A DNA stretch of 63,482 nt, counting the filler, from Folioceros fuciformis (Eukaryota): the NCBI GenBank assembly GCA_049999805.1. It is 5 parts of 5 records of this genome, joined end to end, with 100 filler letters (N's around TTAATTAATTAA, not from the genome) between each part and the next. Parts side by side here need not be neighbours in the genome. Positions count along the whole stretch, not along the records: positions 1 to 8,700 come from JBNGIO010001383.1; positions 8,801 to 34,087 come from JBNGIO010001384.1; 3 more parts are not named here. One strand, given 5' to 3'. Under the pieces are notes generated by a model. That model saw nothing but the letters and a program-made list of their open reading frames with translations. It made no database searches and was not told the origin of the DNA. Positions within the stretch are counted from its first letter, which is position 1. Every line of letters begins with the position of its first letter. This document shows positions 1 to 10,029 of the stretch, in pieces. Position numbers and translations under genes: made by a program.

Positions 1-2
1 CA

Positions 3-2807
3 GATGTCTTCACCTGGTCTGCCATGATCTCTGCGCATCTTAAGCACGGACAGGAGAATGAGGCCATACAGTTGTATCATCGGATGCGCAGGTCAAGTGT
101 GGAGCCAAGTGGGCATGTATATGTGGCAGCTCTCCAGGCTTGTGCAAGGGCATCGGACCTGAAAATGGGGCAGCAGGTGCATGCCGACGTGCTGGCCAGT
201 GGCGTCCAGCCTGATTTATTCGTGTGTAATTCCTTGGTGAGCATGTACGCAAAGTGTGGCAGCTTGGAAGAAGCTCAGAGAGTTTTTGACACCCTTGGTC
301 TAAAAGATGTGGTAACGTGGACTGCTCTGATTGCAGGGTATGCTCAACAGGGCATGGGGCACCAAGCCCTTGGTCTGTACAGTGCCATGCAAGCAGAGGG
401 CATCGCCATACCTGATTCTGTCACATTCGTGTGCCTCCTACAGGCATGTGCAAGTGTGGGCACATCAGCTTTGGAGAAGGGGAAGCAGCTACATGCGCAG
501 ATTAGAGAACGTGGACATCAAGCTGACTCGTTTGTAGCCAGCAGTTTGGTCAACATGTATGCAAAGTGTGGCAGTTTGCAAGACGCTCAGAAAGTGTTTG
601 ATGGACTCTGTCGAAAGGGTGTGGTGACATGGAACACCATGATAGCAGCTTACTCCCAGCAAGGCAGGGGCCAGGAAGCCCTTCGTCTCTTCGGTGCTAT
701 GCAAGCGGAGGGCATTGCTGTACCTGATTCTGTCACTTTTGTGTGCCTTCTGCAGGCGTGTGCGAGTGTAGGGCCCCCTGCTTTGGAGAAGGGGAAGCGG
801 CTTCATGTGGAAATTGGAGAACGAGGATATGGAACGGATGTGTCTATAGCCAGCAGTTTGGTGAACATGTATGCAAAGTGTGGTAGCTTGGAGGATGCTC
901 AAAGAGTATTTGACAAACTGGCTCGGAAAGGTGTGGTGACGTGGAACACCATGATAGCAGGGTACTCCCAGCAGGGCTTGGGTCAGGAAGCTCTTTCTCT
1001 TTACAGTGCTATGCAAGAAGAAGGTATTGCTGTAGCTGATTCAGTGACGTTTGTATGCCTCTTGCAGGCATGTGCAAGTGTGGGGTTGACAGCCTTACAG
1101 AAGGGGAAGCAACTTCATGTAGAGATTAGAGAAGGAGGACATCTAGCCGACGTTTTTGTAGGCAGCAGTTTGGTGAACATGTATGCAAAGTGTGGCAGTT
1201 TGCCAGATGCTAGGAGAGTGTTCGATGGTCTTGCGAAAAAAGATGTGGTGACATGGACCGCAGTGATTGCAGGGTACTCCCAGCAGGGCATGGGCCATGA
1301 AGCCCTTCGTCTCTATGACATGATGCAGGAAGACTGCGTCGCTGTGCCCAGCCCCAAGACGTTCGTGTGCCTTCTGCAGGCATGTGCAAGTGTGGGCACC
1401 CCCGCGTTGGAGAAGGGGAAGCAGCTTCACGTGCGTATTAGAGCACAGGGACATGAAGGTGATGTGTTCGTAGCCAGCAGTTTGGTGAGCATGTATTCAA
1501 AGTGCGGCGGCTTGGAGGATGCTCAGAAAGTGTTTGACAGCCTTGGTCGAAAGGATGTGGTGACTTGGAACTCCATAATAGCAGGATATGCCCAGCAGGG
1601 CATGGCCCAGAAAGCCCATCACCTGTACAGTGCTATGCGAGAAGAAGGCACCTGTGTAGCCAATTCCATGACGTTTGTGTGCCTCCTGCAGGCATGCGCA
1701 AGTGTAGGGCCCTTGGCATTGGAGGAGGGGAAGCAGCTTCATGCGCAAATCAGGGAAAGAGGACATCAAGCTGACGAGTTTGTAGCCAGCAGTTTGGTGA
1801 ACATGTATGCCAAGTGTGGCAGCTTGGAAGATGCTCAGATAGTTTTTGACGGGCTTTGTAGAAAAGATCTGGTGACATGGACTGCCCTAATTGCAGGGTA
1901 TTCGCAGCAAGGCATGGGCCAGGAAGCCCTTCGTATCTACAGTGCCATGCAAGAAGAGAACGTGTCTGTACCCAACTCTGTAACTTTTGTGTGCCTCCTG
2001 CAGGCATGCGCAAATGTGGCTGCCTTGCATCTAGGGAAACAGCTACATGCACAGATTGAAGAACGAGGGCTTGAAGCCGATCTGTTTGTAGCAGGGAGTT
2101 TGATAAACATGTATGGAAAGTCAGGGAGCATGGTAGATGCACAGCAGGTGTTTGATGCGTTGCAGGAAAGAGACGTGGTCGTTTGGAATGCTCTGATTGC
2201 GGGTTACACCTGTCGAGGAGACAGTGAAGTAGTTTTTGACTTGGTCCAGGAAATGAGAGAGGGCGGCATGCAGCCAGTTGGGGTCACATTCCTGAGTGTG
2301 CTAACAGCATGCAGTCATGCAGGTCTTGTGAACAAGGGATGGGAGTACTTTGACGCCATGGGCAGACAGTATGGCATCACTCCAACGGAGGACCACTACA
2401 CATGCATGGTGGATCTCCTGGGTCGCGCCGGACAACTGGATGAGGCACTAGCTTTGGCAACGGCAATGCCTGTACCGCCTAGTGCCGCAGTTTGGCACAC
2501 TCTAATGGCTGCTTGTCAGACGTGGAACAATGTGGAGGTGGGACGCCGTGCTTTTGATGAAGCAGTAAAGCTAGACGAGAAAGATGCGGCCGCGTACGTG
2601 CTCATGTCGAACATATACACCAGTGCCGAGATGTGGGAGCAGGCACAGAAGATGCAGGCGAAGAGAATGGGAAACAGAGCTTTGAAGCTTCCGGGACAGA
2701 GTTGGTGGACAGACGAGAAGGGCCTGGTGCACAGCTTTCTGGTTGGGGACGAGAATCATCCTCCGAGACTTCATTCAAGCAAGGTGGGGTGGGGAGGGGG
2801 AAAGTAG
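3..2807 (+). CDS. PLS-class pentatricopeptide repeat protein (organellar RNA-editing factor), E1-E2 plus WW-type PG box, truncated before the DYW catalytic core; 5' partial
   Basis: Intronless ORF open from base 3 (DVFTWSAMIS..., so it starts upstream of the window). It has seven P-L-S triplets (VVTWTALIAGY / VTFVCLLQACA / SSLVNMYAKCGSL; 104-aa period), then P2-L2-S2 (HYTCMVDLLGRAG), E motifs (AYVLMSNIY) and PGQSWWTD...HSFLVGDENHP. Confidence 0.95.
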   Translation, partial: DVFTWSAMISAHLKHGQENEAIQLYHRMRRSSVEPSGHVYVAALQACARASDLKMGQQVHADVLASGVQPDLFVCNSLVSMYAKCGSLEEAQRVFDTLGLKDVVTWTALIAGYAQQGMGHQALGLYSAMQAEGIAIPDSVTFVCLLQACASVGTSALEKGKQLHAQIRERGHQADSFVASSLVNMYAKCGSLQDAQKVFDGLCRKGVVTWNTMIAAYSQQGRGQEALRLFGAMQAEGIAVPDSVTFVCLLQACASVGPPALEKGKRLHVEIGERGYGTDVSIASSLVNMYAKCGSLEDAQRVFDKLARKGVVTWNTMIAGYSQQGLGQEALSLYSAMQEEGIAVADSVTFVCLLQACASVGLTALQKGKQLHVEIREGGHLADVFVGSSLVNMYAKCGSLPDARRVFDGLAKKDVVTWTAVIAGYSQQGMGHEALRLYDMMQEDCVAVPSPKTFVCLLQACASVGTPALEKGKQLHVRIRAQGHEGDVFVASSLVSMYSKCGGLEDAQKVFDSLGRKDVVTWNSIIAGYAQQGMAQKAHHLYSAMREEGTCVANSMTFVCLLQACASVGPLALEEGKQLHAQIRERGHQADEFVASSLVNMYAKCGSLEDAQIVFDGLCRKDLVTWTALIAGYSQQGMGQEALRIYSAMQEENVSVPNSVTFVCLLQACANVAALHLGKQLHAQIEERGLEADLFVAGSLINMYGKSGSMVDAQQVFDALQERDVVVWNALIAGYTCRGDSEVVFDLVQEMREGGMQPVGVTFLSVLTACSHAGLVNKGWEYFDAMGRQYGITPTEDHYTCMVDLLGRAGQLDEALALATAMPVPPSAAVWHTLMAACQTWNNVEVGRRAFDEAVKLDEKDAAAYVLMSNIYTSAEMWEQAQKMQAKRMGNRALKLPGQSWWTDEKGLVHSFLVGDENHPPRLHSSKVGWGGGK

Positions 2808-2993
2808 CTTCCAAACGAAGCCAGCAGCAGCGTATGTGCGGGGCCCGGCAGCCATATCTGCCTACAGAGAGAGGAAGCGGATTTGAGTACGCCCAGCAAG
2901 GACCTGGCCATCTCACTTTTCCTATGTAATGCACCTGAAGGAGGTGCTGGCAAATCTGCGTGAAAAGAAGGCATATGCGGACCCACTCGTCAC
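2808..2993 (+). pseudogene. Decayed DYW deaminase domain remnant, in frame after the PPR stop codon
   Basis: Reading through TAG 2805-2807 gives ...REEADLSTPSKDLAISLFLCNAPEG...*KEGICGPTRH. This aligns by eye with the DYW consensus EKExxLxxHSEKLAIAxxLxxTPxG...KNLRVCxDCH, with the usual 43-residue spacing from the HP motif. Confidence 0.65.
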
Positions 2994-4083
2994 ACTTCCA
3001 GGACGTAGCTCTGGGGAAGTGGCAAGGTCTGCACCTTTGGCAGGCAAGCTGTGCGAACCCCATGGCTAGGTGACAGGATACTCCTTCTCCACCTCCTCGT
3101 AGTTGCACGTGTCCGGGACTGCGATGTGGTGGAAGGTCCGAACAGGCGCGTGGGACGCGAAGTGAACACGCAGGCTACACAGGAGAGGAGACGGGATCTC
3201 CGACTTTCATGTTTGCAGTGTTGTCCTCGCATCGGGCACCAGATTGCGTTGACACCTCAGGCCATCCGTTGGTCGTTGGACTACTGCATTCGACAGGTAC
3301 ATCTACTTGCGTGGAATGGAGTGGGCGATTCAAGCATGAGGAGGAATGAGGCCGAGCCTCGTTGCCTCGTTGTACGTCAGATGGTGCTGTGTATCACCTG
3401 CAAGCAGCACTGCCTTGCTCATACCTGGACGTGGACACACCACACGCCTGGATGTAGCTGACATGATGGTTGGGACGCGCACATTTGCGAAGCTGAGCAA
3501 GACAGGATGACCCACGCGGCCTACCTCGTGTCACAGGAAATTCACGCCCGTCGATGTGTTAAGCATGACGGACTCTCGGGGCCAGATGCTTTCGACTGCA
3601 CATATACATGCCGTATTCCTGCAATTGCTCGGCGTGTTGCATACAAAGTTCCAAGCTTCATTGCTACGCTATTCCTCATCTTTGAAGTCCATGGTTGTTG
3701 CTCCTCAAAGATTAGGGTTGTCGCGACTGTGGATGATTGGACACGGGCACTAAATGAGCCCGTCTTGGCCAACGGGCACTACTAACAAAAGGAACCTCGT
3801 TCTGGGCGAGAACACAAGTGGGCCCATTGTGAAGTGATAGACAATCATTTACCTTGTAGCACAAAACAGCCTCCAGTAAACACGTTGTACAATTGGATTC
3901 GATGTATCAATCGCAGTAAAACTGTCCTCGCTGACTTCTGTTGCACAAAGCTCCATCCTAGTTGTATACATTTCCCTCGACTAAAAATGCTGTGCAGTTT
4001 ACGAAGTGAGCTGAGAAATGAAATTTAAAGCTTTGTAGGAAATCACCATCGTCGAGTTCAGACGTTTGCAGAAGTGCCGTTCT

Positions 4084-7000
4084 TCAGTCATCGTTTGCCT
4101 GCACACACGCCAGTAGCACCGCCATAGTCAGCGGACAAGTGATAATCAACTTCAATCTAAAACATCTCGTTTGCTTCACTCGATTGCAAGGACTCACAAC
4201 TCTTTCGGAAGGTGATCGTGGCAAGGTGCTCCTAATGGCCCTAGCAATCATCCTTGATGAAAGCCGTCCTAGGAGCTCAGCAGGAACCAGAACCGCTTGT
4301 TGTTGTAAAGCAAGAGGCAGCTGCAGCAACGGAAATCTCCTTAGCTTTGGTTGGTCGGCACAAGCTTGAGTACCTTCACCATGCTAGAAGGGAAGAGGAG
4401 AGCCGTGGAGTGGGATGTAGTAAGTAACTCACGACTTTGAGTATGACGAGAGCAAGAGTATGTACCTCTGGGAAAACCGATAGCAGGGGAAGGTATTTAG
4501 TTGCTGTAGAAGGTATGCTTTGCAAGTCGCGAGATATCTCCTCCCATGTGAGAGGTTCATTGCCATTGACCTGAGCCAGAATCAACTGTATGGAGTCTTC
4601 CTGAACGACAGGTGACACAACAGTTAGAGGTCACTACAGGCTGCACATTCCACTCGAGTGTAAATGTTACGTCCATGTCTACCCACCTGTTCCGTCTGCT
4701 CTCCGGGCAGCAAAGTGGAGAGACGCTGCAGGTTATCCAAATGCTGCAGATCCTCTGCTTCCGTCAGCTGAGCTGGAGCAGGAATTGCCACTGGGATACT
4801 CGAAACGACTGCTGCAGCCAGTTTATCAAACGCTGCTCGATTGAATGCATCAATGCCCTGCAATCAGCCATGGTTGGAAGACATGAGTCGCGCTAACCAA
4901 AACAACAGGGACGGCAAACGCAACGGAAGGTCCAGATAAGCAAGATACCTTGACAACCTCGTCGAGTAGCAAGTCTCGCACGAAGTCTCCCTGGAAAGGA
5001 GGTGACCCAGTGTGTATCACACCATGGCCCCAGCACAACTGAAACCTTGCAGTACGCGGAAGACTATCGTACCTCTTTACTCAAAGTGAAACTGAGAATT
5101 CGCTTAAGGAGTGCCCTATCCTCATCAGTTAAGTCTTCCTGCTGAGCGAGGACGGCTGCAGTGCTTGTGGGCTCAGATCTTGTTGGTCTTAAAGCCTGAT
5201 GAAACCAAATCACACCACATGATCAGGACATCGAATATACATCACGCTCACATAGGTCACCATCCTGCCTGCGCCAGGTGCAATTCTCAGACCGACGAAG
5301 CACCTGATTTCTAAATGTACAAGGCGCCATGTCATTTGTACCTCTGTTATCAAAGACTCTAACCGGTCGATTCTGAAAGAGCCGTCCTGTGATGAGAAAA
5401 ACCGGCAAATGATCAGTAGAGAAACGTGGCAGACAGGGAGTTCGATATACTAAGCTGACCAGATTTACCTTGTAAAGGAGTGAGCGTAGGGTTGCCCTAA
5501 GCTGGGGAGAATCATCTGTGAGAACTTTCTTTGCGATCCAGGGGTACGAACTACTCAGAACTTTGTAGTTGGGATCACTACTCAATGCTATGCCCTCCAA
5601 AACTGTCAAACTGGATGAAAAACAACATAGTTCAACTGACCGTCCAGCCGACAAACAGTGATCGGACCTGACAACTGGAAATCAGATGCTACGGTACTAT
5701 GAAAATGCAGGATATGAACTTGCCTTCTAATAACTAGTGAGAAGTACGCTGGTATTCTGAACTTGAATTGGTACCTGTTGCATGGGCCAGATAGAGGAAG
5801 TCAGCCACGTCTCCTCAGAGAAACACAAATACACGAACAAGAAGATGAGATTGACTACATTGTGCGCCCTAAGTCTCCCGACAGATCCCCAAAGCTTATA
5901 TTCCGAACTCCACTACTGACTGCCTTCTGAAAGATGTCTGCAAAAGTCAACCATCAATTGTGCAGAACTGGAGGGTGTGACATTAAACGAGACAACGAGA
6001 CGATCCCGAAAAGCTTACCTGTCAAGGCAGTTGCAACCTCATTCATCTGATTTGTCGGCGGAAGGAGACTGAAATTGCACAGGAGCGCATTAGTGGAGGA
6101 GCGGCCATGCTTGATAGACTCGTACCAAGGTCCCAAAAATTGCCACGGACGGAGAAAGGAATGTACCCAAGAGTCACGAAGTCACCAGCCAAGGCATCGA
6201 ACTCACGGTTCACCAAGTGCAAGCATGCCTCAACCAAACCGTCCCTCAAATTTTGCTTTATCTCTCCCATCATTCCAAAGTCTGGATTACACCGTGCAAT
6301 GAGGAACAGCTCAAGGAGTCTGGAAAGGTATAAATCCAGGGTCAGAGGAGGACAGGCGTAGCTCACCCAAGTAAGCAAGTTTGCCATCTGGAGTTCTGAG
6401 TAGATTCCCTGGGTGAGGATCAGCATGGTAGAAACCACTGTCCAAGAGTTGAGCCAGAGAACAGTAGACCCCGACCTGCAGCGGATTCATTCAGCAAGTG
6501 TGGTGGTAGCACCTTATTGCCTCTTATGTATTTCACATTATGAAATTGGCAACCTACCTCCACAAGGTGCAGGTCACTGACTTCCGACAACCTTTGACCC
6601 TGCAGGATGACATTGTCAGCCTCTTTCAGTGACTGCCACACATGTGGTACACTTAGATGGTTTGTTAGAGGGAATCTAACCTCAACCCACTCCATGATCA
6701 GCACCCTTTCGCTGGTCAAATTCGGAAGCATCTTGGGGACCACGACGTTGGGCAACGTGCCAAATGCCTTCCTGCAACATTTTGCACAAGACTTTCAAAA
6801 TCCTAAAACCCCCAGGTCCGACAGATGGTGAAAGTGCAGTTCTGAGAAAAAATACCTGAAGCGCAGCCCATTTTGTGCTTCGAATTCGTAGTCCATCTCC
6901 TGCACAACATTGAGCGCTTGCGCAGTTAGAAAGGCGAAACTGACCACGCGTACAGCGGGTAGGTAGAGACATAGGCATGCGCTAACGATTAGCTCACTCT

Positions 7001-8356
7001 GAAAAGGCTACTGGCCCACTCATCCAGCACAGCCTGCACAGTCAGCATGGCAAGTGTGGTTAGGACCAGGCAGGTCTAAGAGGAGACCAGCCAACAATCG
7101 TGGCTCTCATATGCTGAAAGGCTAACTTACCTGGAGATCAGTGTTAAGACCCCCTGCCTTACGGGCATATCCAGCCAGAATTCGCAGAATGAAGGTGTCT
7201 AGAGCAATTGCTGCTCGAACTCCTGGCCGCTGCACTTTGACAGCCACGGCCTGCCCATCAGCTCGCAGACGAGCCTGGTAAACCTGTCTTCAAGACAGAA
7301 ATGGTAAAGCTGGTGCTCGTGAAATACAATGTTGTCAACACCGAGCCGGATTCCTGAAGACAAGCACCTGACCAAGAGAAGCAGCGGCCACGGGCTCTGG
7401 CGTAATCTCAGAGAAAAGCTCTTCGACAGGCACTCCCAGCTCCAGTTCTATGATGTTCAACGCCAGCTCTGTTGAAAAGGGCGCAATGCGGTCTTGTAAC
7501 AGGGCCAATTCAGCAAGATATTCGGGCGGCACGACATCCTACCTTTGCGCAACCCATACACAGGCCGGTCAGACCCTGGTAACTGGACCCACAAACCTCC
7601 AAACATCCAGACAGTGTACCACGCCATAGAAAAACACTTGCGCAAACTACAGCAACTCACTGGGCGTGAAGAAACGGCCTGAGCAATTTTCACAAACGCC
7701 TGCAAACACAACCCCCAACAACAGGTCAACCCGGCGTGAGAGGTAAAACCCACATGCTCCCCTCCATGCTTCAGCACAGACCGAGTATGGTATGCATTCA
7801 TACCGGCCCAAGCCGAACCAGAGCAGCACGCAATTCAGCCGCACGTTGCTTCACACAAAGAGAAGAGGAGGCCATCGTCAGCAAACTGTCCCTCCACCTG
7901 GATCACGACAATCACCCCATCATCCAATCGAGTCCCAGGCACAACTTTCAAGCACATCACCTGGAACATGGCCTCGGAACGTCCCATCGCGGAATCCAGG
8001 TACCGGGCTCCTGCCCATGTCCCCAAGGTCCACCCCACCTGCAGAATGCGCCTGAGCAGGAGCAACGGGCGGCGCTTAAACACGGCCGCCATGCGGGCGG
8101 CATCGTACGTCACAAACTGCTCCGCCTCATCCGACGCTGCGGCCGCAATGTAACCCGAGGCCTCGGTGAAGGTGTCCGCCTCCAAGCTGGCGCGTGCAGC
8201 AAACATCCCGGAATTCCGCCTCCTCTGCACCTTCCAAGCCTTGGCTCGAACGCGCACCCCTTTCTTCAGCGAGTCGAGATCGTGCCTTCGGGAATGCAGG
8301 CCTCCCCGAAGAGACGCGCAGCTGACACCAGCACAACAGCTGACGGCCGAAGCCAT
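4084..8356 (-). CDS. ABC1K5: ABC1/UbiB atypical kinase, plastid ABC1K5-like (multi-exon; span given)
   Basis: Spliced segments read [13 protein letters not shown] / [22 protein letters not shown]...[11 protein letters not shown] / VYQARL...VAVKVQRPG / [11 protein letters not shown] / LDFGMMG / LTVLEGIAL...[11 protein letters not shown]. There is a transit-peptide-like N-terminus from ATG 8356, and the last small exon ends ANDD* at 4084. Confidence 0.88.
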
Positions 8357-8700
8357 CGCTCCCCAGGCAGGCAGCAGAGAAGCAGTCTCAGGCAGGCAAA
8401 ATTCCCAGAACCTGCTTCAATCAACCTGGACCCCCGCCTCAAATGTCTCCTCCCTTTCGTTCCCAGCTCCCCATCGTACAGCAGCCCTGCTGCCCGCGGC
8501 CTGCACCATACCTGCCCATACCCGCCCCGGCCTCAGCGCTAAGCCGCCCTAGACAGCAATGTCCCTGGCCCAGCTCTAACAAATGCACTTCCGTCACAAT
8601 CCACACGTTCCGGCGCCCATCAGCTCCCCACGGAATCCAGCTCCAACAGCTGCCAGGAGAACCTGGCAGATAAGGAGACGCGGAGTGGATTACCTAGACC

Positions 8701-8800
8701 NNNNNNNNNNNNNNNNNNNNNNNNNNNNNNNNNNNNNNNNNNNNTTAATTAATTAANNNNNNNNNNNNNNNNNNNNNNNNNNNNNNNNNNNNNNNNNNNN
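8701..8800. other. Artificial contig linker (N44-TTAATTAATTAA-N44)
   Basis: Exactly 100 nt with a six-frame stop cassette; the identical design occurs four times. Confidence 0.98.
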
Positions 8801-10029
8801 ATGATATATATTATTTAAAAAGAGATAGAAAATCCCATCTACCCCAAAGACAAGGAGAAATAACCTTCCAAGAGGACCAAAAGATAAAAAGAAGGACCAA
8901 CCCCCTTGAATATTATTCCCAAAACCACTCACTGTTCCCAAAATAATGTCGGTGATGCGAAATGATAAAAAAGCCTATCAACAATAGGTGCCTAAGAAGT
9001 TGACATTTTTTATACTCCTCCTCATGTGACAACCTTTTCGTGACTGTTTAGAATGGTTTCACAATCATTTTCGTGTTTTTCACAATCATTTTCGTGTTTG
9101 TCCGTACCTTCCGTGTCCAAATGTAGTTTCGTGTCTGTCTGTCCAACCTTGTGGTGGAATGCATTTTTTGTGTCAGTTGTGGCTCGTGCTCAAATGTATT
9201 TTATCACAGGAATGTGACTTGGTTTGACTTCCCTTCGCTGTCCAAATGCAGTTTGTGGCAGACAGGAATCTCACTTGGTCCAACTTGGATTTAGTGGTCG
9301 TCGCTTTGATGTGACTTTGAAGTCAGCTTTGATGTGATTAAGAATGACTTCCGGCTTGGCTTTCAATCTTGTGGTTGTGACATTGATGTGACTCGGAATG
9401 ACTTCCGACTTGGCTTTCAATCCTGTCGTCTTAACACTCAAGTGATTTTGTTTATGGCCATGATTTAACCGATTTGGGTGCCCGTGCAATTATCTTAATT
9501 GTACTACTATCACCTATCTTATCTAATCCATGCAGCTATAGTAATTGTACTACTATCACGTACCTTATCTATCAACTCCACCATCAAGTTCTTAGAATCT
9601 TTCCGAGAGGTACATATATATATATATATACAGATGAAAGTACGGGATGCATATTGGTAAGATATTGATTGGGGGTGGGAATTTTTGAAGAAAAGGACAA
9701 AAATCAATGGTCTGTCGGACGTTGGAGGATGAGAATTCGGCTTACCGTGGCCTTGACGCGCACAACCGTCGAGTAGAAACTAACAGACACACGAACTTGG
9801 AAGTCCGCGATTCTGCATTCCTGGCCAAGGCGGGGTGCGACCAAAGCGGGGTAACATTTGGCTCGCCAAGCCATCTTCAGCTCACAATTCCATGCCGTTC
9901 AGGCCGTCCAACTCAGGGCCCGTACCGAGAGGCCGATGCAAGGACGAGAGTTACGGCAGGGTTTAAGAAGGGTTTATCGGCCCCGCGGGAAGCATTCGCA
10001 ACCTTCATTCCGCCCCCGGTTTCCAATCC

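Noticed and set aside
24-2807. PPR as a U-to-C (reverse) editing factor
   Set aside because: U-to-C candidates carry the KPAxA-type box; this protein has PGxSWW and no intact deaminase.
9057-9575. Short duplications (21, ~57 and ~30 bp) at the start of contig 2
   Set aside because: Ordinary slippage-type repeats in AT-rich intergenic or TE-derived DNA, with no higher-order structure visible.
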